The notes beneath the pieces were generated by a model. The model saw nothing but the letters and a program-made list of their open reading frames with translations, was not told the origin of the DNA and did no database searches. From Pseudomonadota bacterium (GTDB lineage Bacteria > Bdellovibrionota_F > JAHFAK01 > JBDREC01): a DNA stretch of 64,000 bases. Within the stretch, counting starts at the first letter, position 1; every line of letters begins with the position of its first letter. A program made the translations under genes and the position numbers. Below, piece by piece: positions 1 to 8,906 of the stretch. The stretch lies in assembly GCA_043820105.1 (NCBI GenBank), contig JBDREC010000010.1:1-64000 (forward strand), written 5' to 3'.

Positions 1-866
1 TCAAAGAACAATGGAATTTCCAGTGTCACGGCTATTGCTTGATGAGCAATCACTATCATCTTTTGATACATACTCCTAATTCTGGTTTATCTGAAAGCAT
101 GCGACATTTATCTTCAATGTACACCATGAGATATAACAAAAAATACTTAAAAGACGGTCCTTTATTTCGTGGTCGATTTAAATCTATTTTATTAGATAGA
201 GAATCTTCTGTTTTGCCAATATTAAGGTGTATTCATCGAAATCCTGTTAAAGCTGGTTTAAGCAAAACAGTGCTAACATATCGGTGGTCAAGTCATAGAG
301 CTTATATGAATAAAAATGAAGAGCCGTCTTTTTTATATACTAATGAACTTTTACTCGATTTTGCAAAATCTTATTCCAAAGCTAGACGGAAAATGCATGA
401 TTTCGTTTTACTTGGTGAATCAAAAGATTTTCTTCATTCAATTGAGGGAAAACACCCAGTTTCAATGATGGGATCTGGTCATTTTAAAGATTGGGTCAAA
501 AATAACTTTTTAGAAAAAGTAGCAAAGGACAGATTAATTCCAGCAACAAGAAACAATAAAAGACCAAGGATCAACCCTAAGAACATGTTGCTTCAAGTTC
601 AATCAGAGTTCAATATTAGCAAGCAAGAAATACTTAAAAGCAGGGTTGGTTCTCAGCCTAACATTCCAAAACAAGCATATTTATATTTATTACATAAGAT
701 AGCAGGTTTAACTCATGCTGAAATCGCTGATATAGTAAAAACAGGTAATAAAGCTTCAGTAGCTCAATGTATTTATAGATTTGTCTTGAAAATGGAGAAA
801 GAAAAAGAATTAAAGGAAAGAATACTTTGCATAAAAGGGAATTTGTTGTCGAATGTCAAGGCCTGA
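1..866 (+). mobile_element. RAYT/Y1-type HUH tyrosine transposase with C-terminal DnaA_C-like HTH; 5' end lies outside the window
   Basis: Frame is open from base 3 (KEQWNFQCHGYCLMSNHYHLL, HUH motif); also GPLFRGRFKS, IHRNPVKAGL, YRWSSHRAY; C-terminal helical HTH-like segment (LTHAEIADIV). Confidence 0.85.
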
Positions 867-881
867 CCCTTATACTACACA

Positions 882-983
882 ATTTGTTATTTTAAAGAAA
901 AAGAAGGCATCACAGTGATTTTAAATAAGCAAAAGGCCGATGCAGAATTAATTCAGTATGATTTGCAATGCATGCCTTTTTGA
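882..983 (+). pseudogene. Fragment of an ACT-domain (DUF2241/ACT_3-like) gene
   Basis: Manual translation ICYFKEKEGITVILNKQKADAELIQYD; no start codon; begins just after the transposase stop. Confidence 0.5.
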
Positions 984-1045
984 ACAGTCAGCTCCCGATG
1001 CAGGGATTTAAGTTACATGAGGTGCCACGGAAACATTTTGTATCA

Positions 1046-1291
1046 TTATGAGGTAGCCCCTGTCCCAGTGGAGCACCCTGTGCTATAGAAATCTTGGCCT
1101 TCGGCGCAGTTATTGTAAGCAGCATGCCCACCGTCGCAGGCACCGCTAAATGCAGAACCGTCGGTGCAGGTGCCTGCAGCTACCTGTCCGCCGGTCGTGC
1201 AAGAGGGCGCGTCCGAGGCCCCTGACCCGTCTACGCAAGTAGCCAATGTGGCACACCCAAATCGTTGTATTTGAGGACGCGAGTAACGCAT
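1046..1291 (-). CDS. Putative RiPP precursor peptide (YxxP leader, six CxxG repeats), 81 aa
   Basis: Purine-rich RBS (AGGGGAAG) before ATG at 1291; MRYSRPQIQRF then CVDG, CTTG, CTDG, CDGG, CAEG, CSTG at 10-12 aa spacing. Confidence 0.75.
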   Translation of the reverse strand: MRYSRPQIQRFGCATLATCVDGSGASDAPSCTTGGQVAAGTCTDGSAFSGACDGGHAAYNNCAEGQDFYSTGCSTGTGATS

Positions 1292-1519
1292 TTTCTTCCC
1301 CTGTAATTGTTGATTAGGCAAAAATGGTATTCCCTGCATAAAGAGTGATAACTTTAATTCCATTTAAACCGCCGTTTACCCAAGTTAACCATCGCCGCAT
1401 GTATCCTGAGACAGAATAATAGATTTGTTGTGCAATGTTGTCAAGTGCAATCAAATCAATTTTCAAGACTCTTTGAAAATGTCCCTTTTATATTAATAAA
1501 TAACAAAAGATAGTAGCAG

Positions 1520-1576
1520 GTCCTGTGGAGCTTGTGGGTAACTGACTAATGTCAGTTATCCATAAATCCATAGGAC
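1520..1576. repeat. Long imperfect palindrome (REP/IS-associated hairpin)
   Basis: GTCCTGTGGAGCTTGTGGGTAACTGAC-TAAT-GTCAGTTATCCATAAATCCATAGGAC; mismatches are mostly G-U compatible. Confidence 0.7.
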
Positions 1577-1847
1577 TTATAATATTTAACTTATAAATCA
1601 TAGTACGGAGGTAAGATTTGATTTATTTAACAAACGAACATGCTGCATTTTTAAGAATTACTTTTAAGAAAAAATCAAATAAAGACTTAAAAAAAGAAAA
1701 TATTTCATGAGCTTCATATAGGACCTCCATAGTTGATTTAATATGCATTAAATTAAATTTGGCAGGATCTTGGCTTCAAATAACACTTAAAGCAAAAGAC
1801 ACAACATGTCAAGATTGCATTTTAAGGTAAAATCTATATTTACGACT

Positions 1848-3974
1848 TTAGAAAAACTGCAAACCTGCATAGAAGCCTGGCCAAACTCTGAAATTATTCT
1901 CATCATGAGTACCATCGATAAAATTATCCTCAATATGAGAACCATAGATAGAAGGGATTCCATTAATCACAAGACTAGCACCATTATTAGTTTTTGAGGA
2001 ATAATAATTCAAGCAAGGACCTGCAAAAAAAGCTAGCTTATTATTAAGCTGCCATGTTGGACCGAAGCGAAATTTGAACAAGAAATTTTCCTGCTTATCA
2101 TCGCCCATTCCAGTGTAGTAAATATAATTTGTTATCCACTCTAAATGCATGCCGATACGTTCTGATAAAGAATAAAATCCACCAATTCCAAATCCAGGTG
2201 AAATGCTTTTTGATACTCCAAAAGGATCACCACCAAATTTCAAAAGAGTGTAAAATTGTTTTGTCCCAAGCTTAGTTCCAATATTAAAAGGCTGAGTATC
2301 ATCCGCCCAAATGTCTAAATTATGCCTGCCCTTGCGAACAAGATTTAAAGCGCCAATAGTTGCGCCGTCTACCTTATCTGCAATGTTAACAAGTCCAATC
2401 ATGCATCCCTTTGTTTCTTTCGAAAAATTAACAAGACCAATTTGACAACCTTTAGTATCAAGACCAATATTTAATAATCCTATTTGAAGACCCCTTAAGG
2501 TTCCTGCATAATTTACAAAATAAGCAGTTTGAATACCATACATTTCTTCCCAAACCATATTCATTGCTCCAGCCATTTGCCAACCGCGAAGCCTTTTTTT
2601 GACAAAATTTAAACCCAAAGTTGCTTGAATACCATCAAGCTCACCATTATCTAAATTAAAGAAGGTTCCATATTGAAGACCTTTTACTTCTTCACCATTT
2701 ATATTTCCTCCAAAAAATCCTAGCTCTACACCATGCACTTTTGCATTAAAACCTGACAAAAGATTTAGAGAAAGATTTGTTTTAACATTTGAGCCAGTAA
2801 ACTTTCCAGAAGTACTAACAGAAGGCAAAAGTGAAAAAGTCACGGGCACATGTCTATATCCAGAGAAGCTTGGATCATAATTTTCAATTGGCTTATCACC
2901 TCTGGCAACAGCATCTTCAGAAGCATAGAAAACAAAATCACTTATTAGCAACTCTTTTTTTTCATCTTGAGAAAGAGTAATCTGAGACTGTCCATATCGC
3001 ACTGGTCTTTGCAGGGTTACATTATATTGTCCTGGCTCAAGACCTAGCAAAAGAGGTTTTCCGGGAATCTTTTCAAGCTCAACAACTAAATTCTTATACT
3101 GATCTCTAACAAAAATTCGCCCTTCTAAGTTTTCAGCAAGTAAAAGTTCAGCTGAGGTTAAGCGAAGATCAGTTAAAACAACTTCTCCTGAGCCTGTAAG
3201 CTTTATGTCATAAGATGGATGCTGAGCACCTGCTTTTGACTTTTCTGTTTTTTGTAGAGTTTCATTAAAAGCAAATTGATAGGCCTCGTTTAAGGTCACA
3301 ATCCCATCTCCTGACATATCAGCTCCACCTCTTAGGCCAGAGACAAGATAGTGGGTAAAATAAGAACCAGCTATTTTATCTGATTCTTGTGCTGCTTCAT
3401 TTTCAGAAGCTGAAGTTAAAATTGCATGTCCCTTTATTTTGTCATTTCCAACTTGAACTAAAAAAGGTGGTTTTTGTTTGCCACCTTTGAACCTTGTAAA
3501 AGATCCTGATGAGCATGAATCTAAAATAGCAATTAGCATATCAGGTGCAATCTTTTTGAAATGGTCTTTTAAATGCTGATAAGAATACAGCTTGTTTCCA
3601 AGCAATAAGCCATCTTCATTTGAGTGACCTGAATAATATACAATGAGTTCAGTTCTTTGACCTTTATTTTTTGAAGCTTTTATAAGCGCGTCTACTTTAT
3701 CAAAACCTTCATTTAATTGAAGTCTATCGGGATTTAAAATTAATATTTGATCATTCTTTGCAATACCACCCATTTTTTCTAAAAGTTTGGCGACCTGCGA
3801 AGCATCACTTGTTGCAAATTTTAACAGGTCTCTTTCATGGCCTCCATCATTTGCTCCAACAAATAGGCCGAATCTTTTTATTTCTTTTGTTTGGGAAAAA
3901 GCCGGGATGATTAGGATTAAAAGTAAGATTAGGATTAAGATTAACTTTGTAATAAATGTTTTATTTAATTTCAT
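1848..3974 (-). CDS. Secreted caspase-family (peptidase C14) protein with C-terminal G-x-Q-x-G surface repeats and beta-strand-rich tail
   Basis: Signal peptide; YYSGHS and LDSCSSG His/Cys dyad; GSYFTHYLVSGLRG; repeated GLQIGLLN/GCQIGLVN units; terminal Phe. Confidence 0.85.
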   Translation of the reverse strand: MKLNKTFITKLILILILLLILIIPAFSQTKEIKRFGLFVGANDGGHERDLLKFATSDASQVAKLLEKMGGIAKNDQILILNPDRLQLNEGFDKVDALIKASKNKGQRTELIVYYSGHSNEDGLLLGNKLYSYQHLKDHFKKIAPDMLIAILDSCSSGSFTRFKGGKQKPPFLVQVGNDKIKGHAILTSASENEAAQESDKIAGSYFTHYLVSGLRGGADMSGDGIVTLNEAYQFAFNETLQKTEKSKAGAQHPSYDIKLTGSGEVVLTDLRLTSAELLLAENLEGRIFVRDQYKNLVVELEKIPGKPLLLGLEPGQYNVTLQRPVRYGQSQITLSQDEKKELLISDFVFYASEDAVARGDKPIENYDPSFSGYRHVPVTFSLLPSVSTSGKFTGSNVKTNLSLNLLSGFNAKVHGVELGFFGGNINGEEVKGLQYGTFFNLDNGELDGIQATLGLNFVKKRLRGWQMAGAMNMVWEEMYGIQTAYFVNYAGTLRGLQIGLLNIGLDTKGCQIGLVNFSKETKGCMIGLVNIADKVDGATIGALNLVRKGRHNLDIWADDTQPFNIGTKLGTKQFYTLLKFGGDPFGVSKSISPGFGIGGFYSLSERIGMHLEWITNYIYYTGMGDDKQENFLFKFRFGPTWQLNNKLAFFAGPCLNYYSSKTNNGASLVINGIPSIYGSHIEDNFIDGTHDENNFRVWPGFYAGLQFF

Positions 3975-4774
3975 ATTTTCTCCCCTTTTCTTAGGGTTTG
4001 GGAAAATATCTTCATTGTCGTTGGCAGATCAATATTTAAAGACCCATCTTTTGAACTTGAAATAGAAGATGCGAGTTTTTGAAATAACCACCTAAGATCA
4101 ATTTCTTCATTTGATGTTACAAAATAAAATTTTTCAAAGCTTGGTGCATCATCAAGCTCAAAGGAAGACTCTAAAAGCACTTCGCCTTTTGAGTCAAGCT
4201 TTGTTGAGTGACTATAGGCAGATGGAAAATGAAGACTAATATTATTTCTTGAATCTATTGAAAAAATCACACCATATTTATATGAAGCTGCAATATATGA
4301 AAGTTGAATTGATTCGCCCTCTAAAGCTAAAGTGTCCTTTGCTAATTTAGAAAATCCGGTTTCTGTTTTTTTATAAATTATTAGTTTTGGTTCAAGACCC
4401 TTAATTCTAATTCCTAGCTCTGAAGTATTTTGGTGTTCGATGTTTTCTTGAACAAAGTAAAATTTAAAGGCAAAGGCAAACAGTATTAGAAGCGGAATCG
4501 CGGTATAAGCCAATCGTCTAACTCTAAACCCATAACCCTTAACCCTAAACGTAATTTGCGGCTGCTTTTTAATGATTTCGTCAGTCATTAGCTTGGCTGG
4601 ATATTTTTCAAAGATCTCTTTGTTGCTATTTTCTAGTTCTTGAAGTCTTGTTTGCAAACTTTTATCATTTGCAATGGCTTCTTTTAGTTCTTTCATTTTT
4701 TTACTTGGAAGTTCTTTAAGCAAATATCTTTCTAGCATTATGTCTGAAATATTATTCTTATCTAAAGAGTTCAT
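3971..4774 (-). CDS. Putative membrane anti-sigma factor with extracytoplasmic DUF4384-like domain
   Basis: N-terminal anti-sigma-like helix (LERYLLKEL), one TM segment, GIRIKG motif, SFELDDAPSFEKF; overlaps both neighbours. Confidence 0.65.
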   Translation of the reverse strand: MNSLDKNNISDIMLERYLLKELPSKKMKELKEAIANDKSLQTRLQELENSNKEIFEKYPAKLMTDEIIKKQPQITFRVKGYGFRVRRLAYTAIPLLILFAFAFKFYFVQENIEHQNTSELGIRIKGLEPKLIIYKKTETGFSKLAKDTLALEGESIQLSYIAASYKYGVIFSIDSRNNISLHFPSAYSHSTKLDSKGEVLLESSFELDDAPSFEKFYFVTSNEEIDLRWLFQKLASSISSSKDGSLNIDLPTTMKIFSQTLRKGEKI

Positions 4775-5285
4775 TAGCTTCCTCCAGCTTGCTTATTTTT
4801 TCCTTAAAAAGCCTAAGCCTTTTTCTAACTCCTGAAACTGACAATCCAATGGTTTCTGCTACTTCTTCATAGGTCATAGAATCAACAAAATGCATGACAG
4901 CCATTTCTTTTGTTGATGCCTGATTTTTAAAAATCTTGTTAATTACAGCTTTAAAACCCGTTATTTTTTCTGTTTCATCATGATTTGCTATATATGAAAG
5001 GATGTCATCTTTGACTTCTTTTTTGTTTGCCTTATTTCTTATCTTATTAAGACAAAGATTTGTTGCAATTGTATAAAGCATGCTAGACGGATACCTCTCA
5101 TCATATTGATCTTTTTTATTTATCAATTGCACAAAAGTGTCTTGCATAACATCTAAAGCTAGATCCTCATCCTTTAAAAGCGCAATTGTGCGCCTTAAGA
5201 CCATGGGACCATACTTTAAATACAGTTTTTCGACATCAATTGCCAATCTTTTTTCCTTTTCAATATATTTAACACCTGAATTCAA
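4758..5285 (-). CDS. ECF-family RNA polymerase sigma factor
   Basis: Region 2 (DVMQDTFV, LYTIATNLCLN) and region 4 (MTYEEVAETIGLSVSGVRKRL). Confidence 0.9.
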   Translation of the reverse strand: MNSGVKYIEKEKRLAIDVEKLYLKYGPMVLRRTIALLKDEDLALDVMQDTFVQLINKKDQYDERYPSSMLYTIATNLCLNKIRNKANKKEVKDDILSYIANHDETEKITGFKAVINKIFKNQASTKEMAVMHFVDSMTYEEVAETIGLSVSGVRKRLRLFKEKISKLEEANELFR

Positions 5286-5521
5286 AAAAAGTGTTACTAG
5301 TAAAATAAAAATTTGTAAAGATTGAAGATAAAATAAGATTATTCATTTGTACATATTACTAGTCATTTAATTTTTGTGGCAAGTCCGTCTTCCTCTTTTT
5401 TTATTTAAAATTATTGAAACTATCTGGAACACCTCCTTTTCACCCAAAAGGATCTTGACACACCGAGTCTTTAGTGCTATATAATTACCGAACCTTGAAG
5501 CTATGGGGCATTATCAATTAT

Positions 5522-6676
5522 ATGAAACTTTCAAATCTTTTATTACTATTAATTTTATTTTACATTAATATTGTTTTGCATAAATCATTTGCCTGTATTG
5601 ATTTATTTTCAATAGATCAAGCCAATATTTATTCAAAACAAACAGATTCTTTGGCCCTTGAACTAATTGACCTTAATTCAAAAATTAAGTCTTTAAAATC
5701 TGCTATTGATAAATCTAAAACTAGCAAAAACAATATCGTTTTATTATTTGAAGAAAGTGAAGGTCTGAGAAATTTAAGACTATTTGAAGAAAAACGAAGT
5801 TTGCATCTTGAAAACATCCTTCAAACATTGATTCAATCACAAAATAAAATCAGAATTAAACTCGAAAAACTTTTAACAAAAAGAAACTTAGAATTGTCAG
5901 AAGAAGAATTTGATACATGGCTCATGAAAGAGTATGGCTCAGAAACAGTTGTAAGTTTTTATTATGATGAGTTAACTTTACATGAAATTCATAATCCAGC
6001 TACATTGCCTGGATCCTGGGCTAACAATGGTTTGCCAATTGTTTATGAATATTTTGAAACTTTTGCGCTCCTAAAAGACATTAGCAGATTTTCAAAAGAC
6101 CCAGGAAGTCTTTCATCTGAAATTGCACACATAAGAATCACAGAACTCTCAGAATTTGATTTACAAAAGATTGAAGGAAATAAAATATTAAGAGCATATT
6201 TTGAAGCAAGTGGCAAATATGCATGGATTGATCCTGAAATCAAAGAAACCTATATTTACGAACTTGAAGAGTTTGACCCCGAATATCCAGATGCACACTT
6301 ATGGAAAATTGAGGAAGCAATATTCCCAGGATTTATCGGCCTTGACTTTAGATCAAAAGCTAAAGGAGAGCCTGGTGAAGAATTTAAACCAGATGATGAA
6401 AAAAGCACAGAAATAAAAATCCTTGAAGATTTGAAAGTAAAATTTAAAGCAGAAGATGATCCAAACAGATTACTTTTTATGATTGGCTATACAATCGCAG
6501 AATTATCAATGGACCTTGATAAGGATGAAGGTAGATATCGACTTTTTAGCTATAAATTCAGAGGATTAAATACGCGTAGAATTACAGACACACAAATTCC
6601 AATAAATGAGGGTTGCATAATTTTAGATATTAAAACAGGTCATGCAACAATATTATATCTTGAGGCATTGAAATAA
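5522..6676 (+). CDS. Hypothetical secreted protein
   Basis: Long ORF; likely start at ATG 5522 gives signal peptide MKLSNLLLLLILF...SFA. Confidence 0.7.
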   Translation: MKLSNLLLLLILFYINIVLHKSFACIDLFSIDQANIYSKQTDSLALELIDLNSKIKSLKSAIDKSKTSKNNIVLLFEESEGLRNLRLFEEKRSLHLENILQTLIQSQNKIRIKLEKLLTKRNLELSEEEFDTWLMKEYGSETVVSFYYDELTLHEIHNPATLPGSWANNGLPIVYEYFETFALLKDISRFSKDPGSLSSEIAHIRITELSEFDLQKIEGNKILRAYFEASGKYAWIDPEIKETYIYELEEFDPEYPDAHLWKIEEAIFPGFIGLDFRSKAKGEPGEEFKPDDEKSTEIKILEDLKVKFKAEDDPNRLLFMIGYTIAELSMDLDKDEGRYRLFSYKFRGLNTRRITDTQIPINEGCIILDIKTGHATILYLEALK

Positions 6677-6779
6677 TTACTTATTATTTATGACGAAATG
6701 ACACCAATAATTTCTAATTAAAAAATTTTGAGCCCCAAAAAAAACAATAAATACATAGAAATAAAGAAACAAGCTGCAA

Positions 6780-6795
6780 TGGTATGAATTTTGCA
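6780..6795 (+). promoter_or_regulatory. sigma54 promoter motif
   Basis: TGGTATGAATTTTGCA (GG-N10-GC) upstream of the 6874 gene. Confidence 0.6.
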
Positions 6796-6873
6796 ATATC
6801 AGAGAAATCTAGTTTAGGGATTACGCATATTATCAATTAAAAAATTTAAAAACTTAACCGACTGGAGAAGAAT

Positions 6874-7821
6874 ATGCGTATTTATTATTTATTAATCTTA
6901 TTGTTTTTCATGACAACTCAAGCTTTTACCCTTCAAATTGATGAAAAATATCCTGTTGATGTTGAACTTAAAACCAAGCTCTTAAAATATGGAAGCATGT
7001 TTGAAGAAAAAATAACTGAGCTTTTAGAAATTGAAGCAAGTGATGTAAATATTCGTGTTATTCCAAGAAACAGATGGTCGCGATATCATCCAATAATGCC
7101 TTATGGATGTACGCTCCCAACAAAAACTGGTGTTGATATTCCGCAAGCAGACCTTAGGTTTCTATATGAAGATTATTTTTATGATATTGCTGAAAAACTA
7201 TCACAAGATGAAATTCAAGAATTATCAGAATTATATAATGTGCCTGGAGCTTCTTCTTTTCCTGAAATACTTGACCAGGTTTCAGAGGCATACTTATACG
7301 ATGAAATGGTAATATTTTGGGCATATCCAGCTGAGATCGCTGGTTTTTATTTAAACAAGATAGGATTCGCGAATAAGGTAAATGAAAGTATCAGGTTACT
7401 TTTACTGCATACAATAATGTATTCCATTACTCCTGATGAACTAAAGACAAAAGAATGGGGAGTTCGAAAAATTCAGGATTTATATTATGATTATTATTAT
7501 AAAGATATTAATCCTGTCAAATCTTTTAAAAGGCTTTTAACTCCAATCCTTCCACTTAGTGAAGCGCAAAAATCATACTTTGTAGTTGAAGGAGCTTTTC
7601 ACAAACATTTTGCCAAGGTCTTTGAAAAAGATACTGCTTTTGTCAAAACGTTAGTCAAAGTATTGCTAAATAGTGATGCTAAAAAAACAGAGAATAATGA
7701 TTTTGTAGAAATTGTATCAAATATATTGGGCTATGAAAGCATCTTTGAAATGTTTGAATCAGAAACTCTTCCAAAAGGGACAAGCAACTTTTTGATGCTA
7801 TTATACTATAGTACTTTATAA
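6874..7821 (+). CDS. Hypothetical secreted protein
   Basis: GGAGAAG RBS, signal peptide ending AFT, 315 aa. Confidence 0.75.
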   Translation: MRIYYLLILLFFMTTQAFTLQIDEKYPVDVELKTKLLKYGSMFEEKITELLEIEASDVNIRVIPRNRWSRYHPIMPYGCTLPTKTGVDIPQADLRFLYEDYFYDIAEKLSQDEIQELSELYNVPGASSFPEILDQVSEAYLYDEMVIFWAYPAEIAGFYLNKIGFANKVNESIRLLLLHTIMYSITPDELKTKEWGVRKIQDLYYDYYYKDINPVKSFKRLLTPILPLSEAQKSYFVVEGAFHKHFAKVFEKDTAFVKTLVKVLLNSDAKKTENNDFVEIVSNILGYESIFEMFESETLPKGTSNFLMLLYYSTL

Positions 7822-7847
7822 TAATAACATTTCAACATAGTTTTACC

Positions 7848-7876
7848 TTGATTTTTTGTACATATTTTTGTACAAT
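7848..7876 (+). promoter_or_regulatory. sigma70-type promoter overlapped by an inverted-repeat operator
   Basis: TTGATT-N17-TACAAT; TTGTACA-N6-TGTACAA at 7856-7875; ATG 6 nt after the -10. Confidence 0.6.
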
Positions 7877-7882
7877 TATAAC

Positions 7883-8266
7883 ATGATTTCTGTATTTGAT
7901 ATTATAAGCTCAAGCGCAAAAATTAAAATACTCAGGACACTTTTTTATCAAAACATAGAAATCTCCTTAAGGCAATTGGCTGTGCTATCTGACTTGCAAG
8001 TCAATTCAGTACAACATGGGATTAAGCAATTACTAAAAGAAAATGTTATTACAGAAAAAAGAAAAAAGAATCTTAGACTTTTTAGAATAAATAAGACTAG
8101 CAGCTACTATACGCTATTTATAATCTTATTCACAAAAGAGATGGAAGAGAGGATCAGGTCAAATTCAAGCACCTACAACAACAAAGCAAGATCAATTTTA
8201 AATTTTTCAAATTCTTCTATCAAACTATTGAAAAAAGCAAAAAAGGATAAAAATGGATCTAATTAA
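7883..8266 (+). CDS. Winged-helix DNA-binding protein (putative antitoxin)
   Basis: KIKILRTLF...ISLRQLAVLSDLQVNSVQHGIKQL wHTH pattern; overlaps downstream gene. Confidence 0.7.
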   Translation: MISVFDIISSSAKIKILRTLFYQNIEISLRQLAVLSDLQVNSVQHGIKQLLKENVITEKRKKNLRLFRINKTSSYYTLFIILFTKEMEERIRSNSSTYNNKARSILNFSNSSIKLLKKAKKDKNGSN

Positions 8267-8906
8267 ATTTTTTAAATTAATTATTAAACAGCTTGATAAA
8301 GCCAATGTTAAATATGCTTTGGCAGGAGGATTAGTAGCTTCAATTTACAGAACAGACGAAAGACTAACCAAAGATTTAGACTTTCTTATTTATTCTGAAA
8401 AAAATTCAAGTGATATTGCAATTCAAATTATCAAAGAATTTAGATTAAAGCATTTCGTAATCAGGAAAGCTCAACTAGAAGGTGGCCCCATGTTTGCCAT
8501 TAAAAAGCAAAGTACCCCTCCTTATATTATCTCGGGTAAGCCTAAAAAGGATCAAAATCAAATAGGCCTTGACTTTATTTTGCCTCAAATGCCGTGGTTT
8601 GAGAGTGCTCTTTTACGAGCTCAAAGCAATATGATTGATTTTGGATTTGCGCTTGTCCCGTGTTTAACTGTTGAGGATATAATAATTTCAAAATTCTATT
8701 CATTGCAAAATGATTCAAAGCGATTTAAAGATTTAGACGATTTAAAATCCATATTTGAGGCCAATCATAACTTAGACTTGGCCTATATTTCAGGACAAAT
8801 GCAAAAGCATAGTTTTCTCGTACCTGAAATGATCAAAGATCTTGCTCCTCAGTCCCTAGTTAAAGTTTCGAAGCAAATTTTGAAAAATATGAAACATTTT
8901 AAATAA
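8253..8906 (+). CDS. Nucleotidyltransferase-fold protein (AbiEii/DUF6036-like, putative toxin)
   Basis: GGLVASIY..ERLTKDLDF and EDIIISK...RFKDLDD motifs. Confidence 0.75.
   Translation: MDLIKFFKLIIKQLDKANVKYALAGGLVASIYRTDERLTKDLDFLIYSEKNSSDIAIQIIKEFRLKHFVIRKAQLEGGPMFAIKKQSTPPYIISGKPKKDQNQIGLDFILPQMPWFESALLRAQSNMIDFGFALVPCLTVEDIIISKFYSLQNDSKRFKDLDDLKSIFEANHNLDLAYISGQMQKHSFLVPEMIKDLAPQSLVKVSKQILKNMKHFK

Noticed and set aside
1292-1363. 24-aa N-terminal extension of the Cys-rich ORF
   Set aside because: The RBS and leader homology to the other two peptides point to ATG 1291
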